Positions 9,288 through 17,738 of a stretch of 48,880 nucleotides of DNA are shown here, one piece after another. How positions within the stretch are numbered: position 1 is the first letter of the stretch; each line of letters opens with the position of its first letter. A program made the translations under genes and the position numbers. This DNA comes from Bdellovibrionales bacterium (lineage in GTDB: Bacteria; Bdellovibrionota; Bdellovibrionia; Bdellovibrionales; Bdellovibrionaceae): assembly GCA_031370005.1 (NCBI GenBank), contig JANMPT010000060.1, positions 1 through 48,880 of the forward strand, given 5' to 3'. The notes under the pieces were generated by a model. That model did no database searches. It saw only the letters and a list, made by a program, of their open reading frames with translations, and had not been told where the DNA came from.

Positions 9288-10145
9288 TTATTTTTCCTGG
9301 CTCTTTGCTATCTTAAGGGCCTGACTTCCTAGCACTACAAGGATGGCAATAATAATGGCCGCAATAAGCAGAAATCTGAAGAAATTACCAAAAGTCAGCG
9401 GTGTATCTTCTGCTTCAGCTTGGATTTCTGCTTCTGGCTTTTTAATAGTGATTTTTTTCAAAGCAGGCCCGCTGTTTTCCCCTGGCACAAGTGTTTTTTG
9501 ACTTCCGTCTTTACGAGACTGCTTCTTTTTTTCCTCATCCGTCATTCCAGCAATACCTACGTATGTAGTCTTAGCTGCTCTGGCTTTTACCTCTGAAGAG
9601 AATGAGTCTTCGCGATTGTAAAATGTACTTCCCTCAGCAAGAGGTATTTCAGTAACTTTGCCATCCGCCCCGCTTCCAACTTCTGTGGCTGTTTTCTTTC
9701 TCATAGAGCTAATCAGCAGATTTCCCCCGCGGGAACCACCCGACCCGCTGCCACCGCTATTGCCAGCGCCCGTCGAACCCCCTGCCTCTGATTGCGACTG
9801 TTCTGTCTGGCTGTTTGAGCTTGTTGAGCTCGCTGACTTTGATGGGCGGCCACCGGCAATGCTGGCCGCCTGAAATTGCGCATTGCAGCTCGCATCTTCA
9901 AGAATAGTTTGTGTGTCCGGATTCCCAAGACTCGGCAGCTCGCCCGTTTCTAAAAGACAGGAAATATAATCCCCCATATAGCTTTTTAGGAAGGTCTGAA
10001 ATGGCTTAAATACTTGATACCCCAAGGCCATAACCATTGCTACACTCACCACGAGCATGAGTACATATTCCACCATCGCCTGCCCTTGCAAGTTTGATAA
10101 TCTGGACTGATTTTTTGATTTCTGCACTAGGTCTCTATGGGCCAT
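9288..10145 (-). CDS. TadE/Flp prepilin-like protein with Ser/Gly-rich linker and C-terminal TM
   Basis: QGQAMVEYVLML motif followed by a hydrophobic helix; second hydrophobic helix at the C-terminus. Confidence 0.6.
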   Translation of the reverse strand: MAHRDLVQKSKNQSRLSNLQGQAMVEYVLMLVVSVAMVMALGYQVFKPFQTFLKSYMGDYISCLLETGELPSLGNPDTQTILEDASCNAQFQAASIAGGRPSKSASSTSSNSQTEQSQSEAGGSTGAGNSGGSGSGGSRGGNLLISSMRKKTATEVGSGADGKVTEIPLAEGSTFYNREDSFSSEVKARAAKTTYVGIAGMTDEEKKKQSRKDGSQKTLVPGENSGPALKKITIKKPEAEIQAEAEDTPLTFGNFFRFLLIAAIIIAILVVLGSQALKIAKSQEK

Positions 10146-10164
10146 TTAGGTAATAATATATCAT

Positions 10165-11202
10165 ATGAACATATCTCTGGTTTACAGAAGCTTGCTTAGA
10201 CTGGCCTTTGTGTCGGCAGCTGTCTCATTTCAGCTCGCTGCTCATGCTACAGGCCCCACCAAAAGCCCAGCGCCCACACTCAGCGCAGAGTCTAACGTTT
10301 TGAGTGCGGCTGAGCTCGCTTTCAAAAAAGGTGAGTACAATAAGACCATCGAGCTGCTTTGGAAAAACATAGAAACGCTTGACCGCAAAGGGCTTCTGCT
10401 TTTGACGATTGCTCATGAGAAAAAAAAAGAGCCACTAAACATGATCAAGGTGGCAAATATTCTTACATCGAAAGACCCTAAGGACTATGAGGCCTTCTAC
10501 TTGCTTGGCAGTGCACAACTCATGATGAACAAAAAACATAATGAGGCTTTGGAGTCATTGAAAACCGCTCTTGAAATCAATCCAAAATATCAACCGGCAT
10601 ACGAAAAACTTGCTGAGATGTATGAACAAAAGAAAAACACATATGAGCTTCGCATTCTATATCAAGATATGCTCGACAATATCGGCCACAAACCGGCTTT
10701 TCTTACAAAGCTTTGCGAAATTAACACCAAAGACAACCAAGCGGATCAGGCTCTCAGCAATTGCAAAGAGGCCATCCAAAAGGATCCCACCGTCGCAGAT
10801 AACTACGTGTATTTAGGCCTCGTGCAACTACACATTGGAGAAACGGACGCGGCCAAGAAAGCCCTTAAGGCCGCCGCTGATAGCCATACAAAATCTGAAT
10901 TTGCTCAATACACCTATGCGAACTTGTTAGAAGAACAAAAAAACTACTTAGAATCCAGCCGGTACTACCAAGCCGGTATTGCGGCGGACCCCAACTCCTC
11001 TCGATGTTGGTTGGGCTCGGCAAAATCATTGTTTGAAATTCACAAATACGATCAAGCACTCGACGCTTACAAAAAAGCCTGTAAGCTAGATCAGAAAACA
11101 GCAGTAAATTTTCGAAAGGCCACCACAATTCTTAGAAACTCGAAGAACTCAAGTTTTTCAAAAAAATATGAGGCCGCCTCTGAGGCCTGCTCTGGCTACT
11201 GA
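10165..11202 (+). CDS. Secreted TPR-repeat protein
   Basis: Signal peptide (AAHA), multiple TPR motifs (ALEINPKY, YVYLG, WLGSAKSL). Confidence 0.8.
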   Translation: MNISLVYRSLLRLAFVSAAVSFQLAAHATGPTKSPAPTLSAESNVLSAAELAFKKGEYNKTIELLWKNIETLDRKGLLLLTIAHEKKKEPLNMIKVANILTSKDPKDYEAFYLLGSAQLMMNKKHNEALESLKTALEINPKYQPAYEKLAEMYEQKKNTYELRILYQDMLDNIGHKPAFLTKLCEINTKDNQADQALSNCKEAIQKDPTVADNYVYLGLVQLHIGETDAAKKALKAAADSHTKSEFAQYTYANLLEEQKNYLESSRYYQAGIAADPNSSRCWLGSAKSLFEIHKYDQALDAYKKACKLDQKTAVNFRKATTILRNSKNSSFSKKYEAASEACSGY

Positions 11203-12569
11203 GGAACAATCTCGCCTATAAGATCATATTCCATACTATCTGTGATACGAACCATAACCATATCGCCCACATTGGCTTGTCCGTCATTAATTAGAACAAC
11301 TCCATCAATATCAGGAGCCTGCTGCGACGTGCGGCCTTGCAAAAGCAAGTCGGTTTCTTCGCTGAGTCCCTCGACTAAAACCTCTACTGTTTTTCCAATG
11401 AAAGAGCGGTGTTTATCACGCGAAATATTTTGCTGAATCTCCATGACTGCATCAAAACGTCTTTGTTTTGTCGCATCATCGAGTTGCTCCGGCATTTTGC
11501 CGCCTGGGGTATTTTCTTCGGGGGAGTATTGAAAACAGCCGACACGATCAAACTGCTGTTCGGCAATGAACTCAAGTAGCTCTTCAAATTGCTCCTCAGT
11601 TTCACCCGGAAAGCCGACGATAAACTGAGTACGGATTACAGCCTCCGGAATTTCTGTACGGATAATTCTCAGCGCCTCTTCAATCTCTTTACGAGTCATT
11701 TTACGATTCATTTTCTTAAGCACATCGTCGTTCACATGCTGCAATGGCATGTCAAAATACTTCACGAGCTTCTTGTTGTGCTTAATCAAATTGATCATCT
11801 CTGCTGTGATTCCATCTGGGTATAAATACAATAATCGAACCCACTCAACGCCTTCTACTTCCGTTAAAGCCTTCAAAAGCTCTATTGGACTTTCTTTTGC
11901 ATTAGGGTTTTTTCGACGAAGGTCGAAGCCATAGTCTGTAAAGTCATGGCTAATAATAATTAGTTCCTTTACACCGCCAGCCACCAAAAGCTTAGCTTCG
12001 TTCACGATATTTGCAATTGTACGTGATTGTAAGTTTCCACGAATCAAAGGGATCGCACAAAAAGCACAGCGCTTCATGCATCCTTCAGATATTTTTAAAT
12101 AGGCCCTGTGGCCTGGCTGAGAATTCACTCGCGGAGTCATCTCTTCTTGAAGGTATGTTGGAAGATTGAAGAATGTTCTCTTTTTGTCACCTAAATCATG
12201 CGACTTCAAAATTTTTGCTATGTTTTGGAACTCACCTGAGCCCACGAATAAGTCGGCTTCAGGAAGCCCTTCCACTAAATCATCTTTGTAACGCTGAGTA
12301 AGACAACCTGCTACAATAACTTTTTTAAGCTGGCCACTCTTTTTAAGCTCCGCCATTTCAAGAATTCGCTGAATAGATTCTTTTTTAGAGTCTTCGATGA
12401 ATCCACAGGTATTCACTATTACAGTATCCGCGTCACCGTGGTCTCCGACAACTTCATAACCCTCTTTCAAAAGTGTTCCAGCCATGATCTCGCTATCCAC
12501 GAGATTCTTCGGGCAGCCGAGGCTGATAAAATGAACTTTTTTTGTTGTGTTTGTTTGTTCCTGTTTCAT
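11196..12569 (-). CDS. rimO: Ribosomal protein S12 methylthiotransferase
   Basis: SLGCPKNLVDSE, VNTCGFI, EGCMKRCAFCAIP, C-terminal TRAM with APDIDG. Confidence 0.96.
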   Translation of the reverse strand: MKQEQTNTTKKVHFISLGCPKNLVDSEIMAGTLLKEGYEVVGDHGDADTVIVNTCGFIEDSKKESIQRILEMAELKKSGQLKKVIVAGCLTQRYKDDLVEGLPEADLFVGSGEFQNIAKILKSHDLGDKKRTFFNLPTYLQEEMTPRVNSQPGHRAYLKISEGCMKRCAFCAIPLIRGNLQSRTIANIVNEAKLLVAGGVKELIIISHDFTDYGFDLRRKNPNAKESPIELLKALTEVEGVEWVRLLYLYPDGITAEMINLIKHNKKLVKYFDMPLQHVNDDVLKKMNRKMTRKEIEEALRIIRTEIPEAVIRTQFIVGFPGETEEQFEELLEFIAEQQFDRVGCFQYSPEENTPGGKMPEQLDDATKQRRFDAVMEIQQNISRDKHRSFIGKTVEVLVEGLSEETDLLLQGRTSQQAPDIDGVVLINDGQANVGDMVMVRITDSMEYDLIGEIVPQ

Positions 12570-13261
12570 AGATTTGTCACCTGAGCATCTTTCGGAATTT
12601 TATATTTGAAAAGATTTTTATTTTCTCTTGAAAAGAACTCGGTCTTTCTCATCTCAATATGAGTTGTATTATCCACGTCATCTTTATATGAGATGTTTTT
12701 AATTTCTTTGGCTTTCAAGTCTATTTCTAGGGTCAGGCCTTTGACCCTTATGTCACCATTTAGCGGCAAAAGCTCCACACTCAAGATTTCCTTTTCATTT
12801 TTTATATGGATGACTTTAAAGTTCTTGTCGATCGGCTCTTTTCCTAGAAGAATGGAAATCAAAATTTGTGACTTTGTGTTCTTATCAAGCTTTGCTTTTG
12901 CAACCTGTACGGGGCCGCCTAAGTCCTTTGGTGGATATTGAACATTCCAAACGGTCTGACCATCAAAAAGTAAAAGGCTTTGATCCGGAGTCTCATTTTC
13001 CCAACGAAACTTTCCCTCCGACAAATACAACACGCCTTGATAGTTTGTAGTTTTACCGAGAAGCTCAGATGTTACTTTTTTTTCGGTTTCGATTTTTACA
13101 AGTTTACTGTTTCGATATTTATTACTGAGGGCTTTAAAAATAATACTAGCTGCGTCCGGGCTCTTCTTTGCCATTTTGGACTGCGCGCCAAAAGAAGACC
13201 CCGCATAGAGCATTAAGCAAAGACTCAAAAAAATAGAACTCAAAATGGCGCGATTATACAT
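12566..13261 (-). CDS. lolA: Outer-membrane lipoprotein carrier LolA-like
   Basis: Signal peptide; GKFRWE...LLLFDGQTVW; terminal FKYKIPKDA; ATG 13261 preferred. Confidence 0.75.
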   Translation of the reverse strand: MYNRAILSSIFLSLCLMLYAGSSFGAQSKMAKKSPDAASIIFKALSNKYRNSKLVKIETEKKVTSELLGKTTNYQGVLYLSEGKFRWENETPDQSLLLFDGQTVWNVQYPPKDLGGPVQVAKAKLDKNTKSQILISILLGKEPIDKNFKVIHIKNEKEILSVELLPLNGDIRVKGLTLEIDLKAKEIKNISYKDDVDNTTHIEMRKTEFFSRENKNLFKYKIPKDAQVTNL

Positions 13262-13267
13262 ATAGAG

Positions 13268-13296
13268 CTTATACCAAACACTTCGACCCTCTGCAA
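13268..13296 (-). promoter_or_regulatory. sigma70-type promoter, predicted leaderless lolA-rimO transcript
   Basis: Minus strand TTGCAG-N17-TATAAG (preceded by TGG)-N6-ATG(13261); the -7 T is missing. Confidence 0.5.
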
Positions 13297-13961
13297 GAGA
13301 GGGCTCTCTGTGCAAGTGCCCAGACAGAAAAATCTCTTGGTCTTCCGAGGGTTTCCCATGCGCCTCTGGCCGTTGATCCTGTGGTAACTACGTCATCAAC
13401 GAATACAAGCCTTCTATCCATCGCCTTATTAAGGAAATCCTCCATTGTAAAGTTTTCAGACCAATCAAAACTTATCCTACCCCGCTGACTTCGAGACTTG
13501 TTTTTCTGCTGATCAACTGACTTTTCTCTCAATAAACAATTATAAACCTCTCCCCCGGTTTCCGCAGCAAGTGCCCTGGCGAAGAGACTGGCATGATCTC
13601 TAGTTTTTAGTTTTCCCGGACATGGGATTATGAGCAGTGGTTTTTGCCGATGGACCACCTGTTCTGGAATCATTCGCCTATGAAACTCTTCAGCATAAGT
13701 GTCCCAAAGCTCATCCCCACTTGTTCCTTTCAGAGCATGTACAAGTCTCGAAAGCACCTCTTGGCGGCCTGGAACCCATTGAAATAGGGAAAAAACTTCT
13801 AGCTTGTGTACCCTCTGAAAAAAAAGCTCATTGTCAGCGTTTTGCCACGCCCAAAGATCTTCTGAGCAGATCTTGCAAAGTCCGTCCGTACGGCGATCAA
13901 GCGCTCCGCAATATAGACAAGCTCGCAGGCCAAACCAGATTATTTTTTTTGAGATGTGCAT
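13269..13961 (-). CDS. comF: ComF family protein (zinc ribbon plus PRTase-like domain)
   Basis: CLYC...LCKIC, QQK...R, LVFVDDVVTTGST. Confidence 0.8.
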   Translation of the reverse strand: MHISKKIIWFGLRACLYCGALDRRTDGLCKICSEDLWAWQNADNELFFQRVHKLEVFSLFQWVPGRQEVLSRLVHALKGTSGDELWDTYAEEFHRRMIPEQVVHRQKPLLIIPCPGKLKTRDHASLFARALAAETGGEVYNCLLREKSVDQQKNKSRSQRGRISFDWSENFTMEDFLNKAMDRRLVFVDDVVTTGSTARGAWETLGRPRDFSVWALAQRALSCRGSKCLV

Positions 13962-13988
13962 GCTGAAAATCTTAAGCAAATAACGAGC

Positions 13989-14459
13989 CTAGTCGTTATG
14001 ATAAGGAAGATTTTTAAGAATTGTGAACGCACGATAAATTTGCTCCAGCGCGACGGTCTGAGCAAGCAGGTGATTCATAACCATTGGCGAAAGCATCACC
14101 ATCAGTTGTGCTCGGGCGCGCACCTCATCACTTACTCCGTAGGCGCCGCCAATAATAAAAACCGCGCGCTTTTTTGCACTTGATATGGTGCTTTCTATTT
14201 TTTTGGAAAACTCGATAGAATTTAATGACCTTCCGCGCTCATCAAACAGAATTACGTAATCATCCTTGCTAAGTACTGACAGAATCAGCTCGGACTCTTC
14301 TTTTTTTTTCTTGGCGGCCTCGTCTCGAGAGCCCTTTTTTGGTTTGAGCGACTGAATTTCAAAGGGATTAAAATAAGCAATCTTTTGTGTATACAATCTT
14401 GCGGCGTCATCAGCCCAAGCTTCCTTCGCCGTGGCCAGATTGTATAATACAAATTTCAT
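13989..14459 (-). CDS. rlmH: 23S rRNA m3Psi1915 methyltransferase
   Basis: DERG, FIIGGAYG, EQIYRAFTI...PYH. Confidence 0.95.
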   Translation of the reverse strand: MKFVLYNLATAKEAWADDAARLYTQKIAYFNPFEIQSLKPKKGSRDEAAKKKKEESELILSVLSKDDYVILFDERGRSLNSIEFSKKIESTISSAKKRAVFIIGGAYGVSDEVRARAQLMVMLSPMVMNHLLAQTVALEQIYRAFTILKNLPYHND

Positions 14460-15478
14460 ATCGGCTTAGTGCTGGCTTCTTTTAAGTTAAGATCGCGTCC
14501 ATCTCTCCAAAGCTTCTCAAGAGAATATTCTTGACGTACAAAATCATAAAATAAATGTACGATCAATGAGCCGTAATCAACAAGGACCCAGCGGCCTTCT
14601 TCAATACCCTCAATGCTAAGAGGCAGAACATTGTATTCGTCTTTTACCGCTTGTACGACATTTTCAGCAAGTGAAACGGCATGACGAGTGCTCGTGCCAG
14701 AGGCGATCAATGTGAATTCCGTGGGAGCTGCAATTTCTGTCAAATCAAAGCCTCGAACTTGAATTGCTTTCTTTTCAAAAAGTACACTTCCACAAAAGAC
14801 TGTGAATTTTTCAAAATCTCCAATGCGTTCACCAATGGCTCGATAAAGCTTATTCGCGCGAATGTATGACTCAACAGATAGAGGCAAAATCTTTTCAACT
14901 GGACGGCCCATGCGAAGTAGTTTGCGCACCTCGCTTGACGAGACCTCGATGTCCTGCAGGCGAATAAATTGAATATTGCGGCCTGTTTTTAACTCTATGA
15001 AGTTAAAATCATACTCCGCCACCATAGCCTTGATATATTCTGGGAGTTCATCGGCTCCCTCTGGAATATCCCAACCCAAACGTGTCGTCACAATCAAATT
15101 CACTTCCGTCAGAATCTTTTGATAATCTTTCCACTGACTGAAGCCTTCAAATTGGTCAGCACCAATGATAAGGTATAGGTCCTCTGAATCAATATTTTTA
15201 CGTAAATTCATTACCGTATCAATTGTGTAGCTTAAGCCACCACGGCGAATCTCTTGGTCGTCGACGAAGAACTGTTTGCCATAAGTATTAAGCGCCAAGT
15301 TTACTAGCTCAAGACGCTGTTCGCTCGTAGGACCCGCAACTTGTATTTTTAGTGGGTTTTGCGCCGCAGGAACAACGTGAATTTTATCAAGACCCGCCTT
15401 TTTCTGAACTGTCACAAGACTGTTAATATGGCCCATGTGTGGTGGATTGAAGCTTCCGCCAAAAATACCGACTCTCAT
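14456..15478 (-). CDS. nadD: NadD (nicotinate-nucleotide adenylyltransferase)-RsfS (ribosome silencing factor) fusion
   Basis: GGSFNPPHMGH, SYTIDT, IIGADQ, VSSSEVR, then the RsfS motifs IASGTSTRH, WVLVDYGSLIVHLF, YSLEKLW in one ORF. Confidence 0.92.
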   Translation of the reverse strand: MRVGIFGGSFNPPHMGHINSLVTVQKKAGLDKIHVVPAAQNPLKIQVAGPTSEQRLELVNLALNTYGKQFFVDDQEIRRGGLSYTIDTVMNLRKNIDSEDLYLIIGADQFEGFSQWKDYQKILTEVNLIVTTRLGWDIPEGADELPEYIKAMVAEYDFNFIELKTGRNIQFIRLQDIEVSSSEVRKLLRMGRPVEKILPLSVESYIRANKLYRAIGERIGDFEKFTVFCGSVLFEKKAIQVRGFDLTEIAAPTEFTLIASGTSTRHAVSLAENVVQAVKDEYNVLPLSIEGIEEGRWVLVDYGSLIVHLFYDFVRQEYSLEKLWRDGRDLNLKEASTKPI

Positions 15479-16506
15479 GCTTTATCCTCTTGAAAGATAT
15501 TTCGAGTTAAATCAATGATCAACTCTTTAATGTTTTTACCAGTCACAGCAGAAATTGCTCGCGGCTCGATACCCGTTTTCTTTTTAAAATTATTTTTAAG
15601 CTTCAAAAGCTGTTCTTCACTCAAGGTGTCTATTTTATTAAAAACAACAAACTGCGGCCGATCTGAAAGGGAAAAGAATCCATCTTTATCCTGATTATTT
15701 TCGTCGTACATTTTCAGCTCGTTATTAATATCTTCATAATCACTAAGAGGCTCACGACCTGACATTCCTGAAACGTCCACTAAGTGTATAAAACAACGCG
15801 TGCGTTCTATATGTTTTAAAAATTGAATGCCAAGACCCACGCCTTGATGCGCGCCTTTTATCAGCCCTGGAATGTCTGCAACGACAAAGGACTTGAAATC
15901 TGCAGCTTTAACGACTCCTAAGTTCGGAGTAAGAGTTGTAAATGGGTAATCAGCAATCTTGGGTTTTGCCGCAGAAATCCTAGAAATCAATGTGGATTTT
16001 CCAGCATTCGGAAAGCCGATAATTCCAACGTCCGCGATCAACTTTAATTCCAGTCGAATTTCGGCCCGCTCGCCCTCTTCCCCTGGTTGCGCGTACTCAG
16101 GTGCTTGATTGGTTGCTGTTTTGAAAAAAGCATTCCCTTTGCCGCCGCGCCCGCCTCTGAGGAGTACATGTTGCTCGATCCCTGTCATATCAACAAGGAC
16201 TTCACCTTCCATGTTTTTTATTAAAGTTCCCTCTGGTACAACTAGAACAAAGTCTTCGCCATTCTGACCAGAGCACTGAGCCCCCGTCCCTGGCTGACCG
16301 TGGGGTGCTGGATATTTTTTGTTATTTCTGATATCAACCAGTGAGTTAAGATGTTTAGAGGCTCGTAAGATAACGTCGCCACCTTTTCCGCCATCGCCAC
16401 CATCGGGTCCTCCACGGGGAGCCATGGATTCACGGCGGAAACTGACCGCGCCCGCGCCGCCACGACCAGAGGAAACTGTGATTATAACTTCATCAATAAA
16501 CTTCAT
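15475..16506 (-). CDS. obgE: GTPase ObgE/CgtA
   Basis: MKFIDE, Gly-rich Obg fold, GFPNAGKS, YPFTT, DIPG, NKID. Confidence 0.97.
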   Translation of the reverse strand: MKFIDEVIITVSSGRGGAGAVSFRRESMAPRGGPDGGDGGKGGDVILRASKHLNSLVDIRNNKKYPAPHGQPGTGAQCSGQNGEDFVLVVPEGTLIKNMEGEVLVDMTGIEQHVLLRGGRGGKGNAFFKTATNQAPEYAQPGEEGERAEIRLELKLIADVGIIGFPNAGKSTLISRISAAKPKIADYPFTTLTPNLGVVKAADFKSFVVADIPGLIKGAHQGVGLGIQFLKHIERTRCFIHLVDVSGMSGREPLSDYEDINNELKMYDENNQDKDGFFSLSDRPQFVVFNKIDTLSEEQLLKLKNNFKKKTGIEPRAISAVTGKNIKELIIDLTRNIFQEDKA

Positions 16507-16541
16507 AGAAAATACCACGCCCAAATTAATAGGCTCAAATG

Positions 16542-16572
16542 CAAAGAGGGGTCGAACATCGGCCCCTCTTTG
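16542..16572 (-). terminator. Stem-loop between rpmA and obgE (probable partial terminator or processing site)
   Basis: CAAAGAGGGGTCGA-ACA-TCGGCCCCTCTTTG: 14-bp stem with one mismatch; weak U tract. Confidence 0.6.
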
Positions 16573-16623
16573 ACTAATAGAATTTACTTCATTTGTACAA
16601 ACCTAATTGACGACTTGTATCAA

Positions 16624-16884
16624 TTACGCAGTCTTAGGATATACGCTCACCTTGAAGCGCTCCTTAGAGTATCGCTCGAACTTAACTTGGCCCGAAATAA
16701 TTGAGTAAATAGTGTGATCACGGCCGATTTTTACATTATTACCTACATGAAATTTAGTTCCACGTTGACGAATAATGATCGTCCCTGGAAGAACCGCCTC
16801 GCCCCCGAATCTCTTTACTCCGAGTCGCTTGCCTTGTGAATCGCGTCCGTTTTTTGTACTACCGCCGGCCTTCTTACTTGCCAT
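16624..16884 (-). CDS. rpmA: 50S ribosomal protein L27
   Basis: [36 protein letters not shown]. Confidence 0.98.
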   Translation of the reverse strand: MASKKAGGSTKNGRDSQGKRLGVKRFGGEAVLPGTIIIRQRGTKFHVGNNVKIGRDHTIYSIISGQVKFERYSKERFKVSVYPKTA

Positions 16885-16916
16885 GACTATGCTCCGTGTA
16901 TTTTAAAAATTAAAAG

Positions 16917-17504
16917 TTATACTTTTTTACTCGTTTTTTTCGCTGTCTTTTTCTTAGCACTTGCTTTTTTAGCAGGCTTTTTAGCCGTCTTCTTAGCTGC
17001 CGCTTTTTTCGCTGTCTTTTTCTTAACTACTTTTTTCGCTGACTGTTTCAATGTTTCAGCAGCAGCATTACCGCCGCCCACAGCCGCCTCAGTGCGCTCC
17101 CTGCGAGCAGACTGCTTGTCGATAATTCTTTGTTGGCGTACCGCAGCCATATCAACCACATTAGGAGTCGTTTCAGCTTTGGCAACTTTTCCATCTGGGG
17201 ATGTGATCGCCTTAATGAAAAGCTCTGTAAAGTCTTGTTTGTGCGTGTTGAATCGACGATAGCCCTGACGACGTTTTTTCTTAAAAACAATCACCTTGCG
17301 AGTTCTCGCCTGCTTGGTAACAACAACCGTTACTTTTGCATTTTTAACAAGCGGTTGACCAATATGAGCTGCGTCTCCACCAATCATTAAAACCTCATTA
17401 ATATCAAATTCTTTTCCAAGATCTTGTTCAAGTTTCTCAACCTGAAGAACATCGCCCGCTTGAACCTTGTATTGTTTCCCGCCGGTACGAATAATTGCGT
17501 ACAT
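16917..17504 (-). CDS. rplU: 50S ribosomal protein L21 with long Lys/Ala-rich C-terminal extension
   Basis: MYAIIRTGGKQYKV, FKKKRRQGY; SD GGAGG before ATG 17504. Confidence 0.96.
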   Translation of the reverse strand: MYAIIRTGGKQYKVQAGDVLQVEKLEQDLGKEFDINEVLMIGGDAAHIGQPLVKNAKVTVVVTKQARTRKVIVFKKKRRQGYRRFNTHKQDFTELFIKAITSPDGKVAKAETTPNVVDMAAVRQQRIIDKQSARRERTEAAVGGGNAAAETLKQSAKKVVKKKTAKKAAAKKTAKKPAKKASAKKKTAKKTSKKV

Positions 17505-17608
17505 GTAACCTCCAGCTATCCGAAATAAGCCTTGCTTGAATGCCACCTTGCGCCAGTCTTTGTCAACTGATTAGATCTTATTTTTAAAGCAGATTCCAGA
17601 AGAGGGTG

Positions 17609-17637
17609 AGCCTAGCCCGAGACATGGGCAAAGGCAA
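17609..17637 (-). promoter_or_regulatory. sigma70-type promoter of the rplU-rpmA-obgE operon
   Basis: Minus strand TTGCCT-N17-TAGGCT, about 100 nt upstream of the rplU start. Confidence 0.5.
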
Positions 17638-17738
17638 ATTGTTTTAGAAGCACCTACAATTGCCCCGCCTGTTCTTAATAAAACAAGTAATATCAAATGG
17701 TTAATCGCGTTATGGGCTCGTGGTTGTAAGGCTAGATT

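Noticed and set aside
9700..9870. GC-rich patch with overlapping short ORFs
   Set aside because: Caused by Gly/Ser/Ala codons of the low-complexity linker in the TadE-like gene.
16917..17045. Imperfect direct repeats as a possible CRISPR or VNTR
   Set aside because: They are coding repeats of the Lys/Ala tail of L21; no unique spacers and no cas genes.
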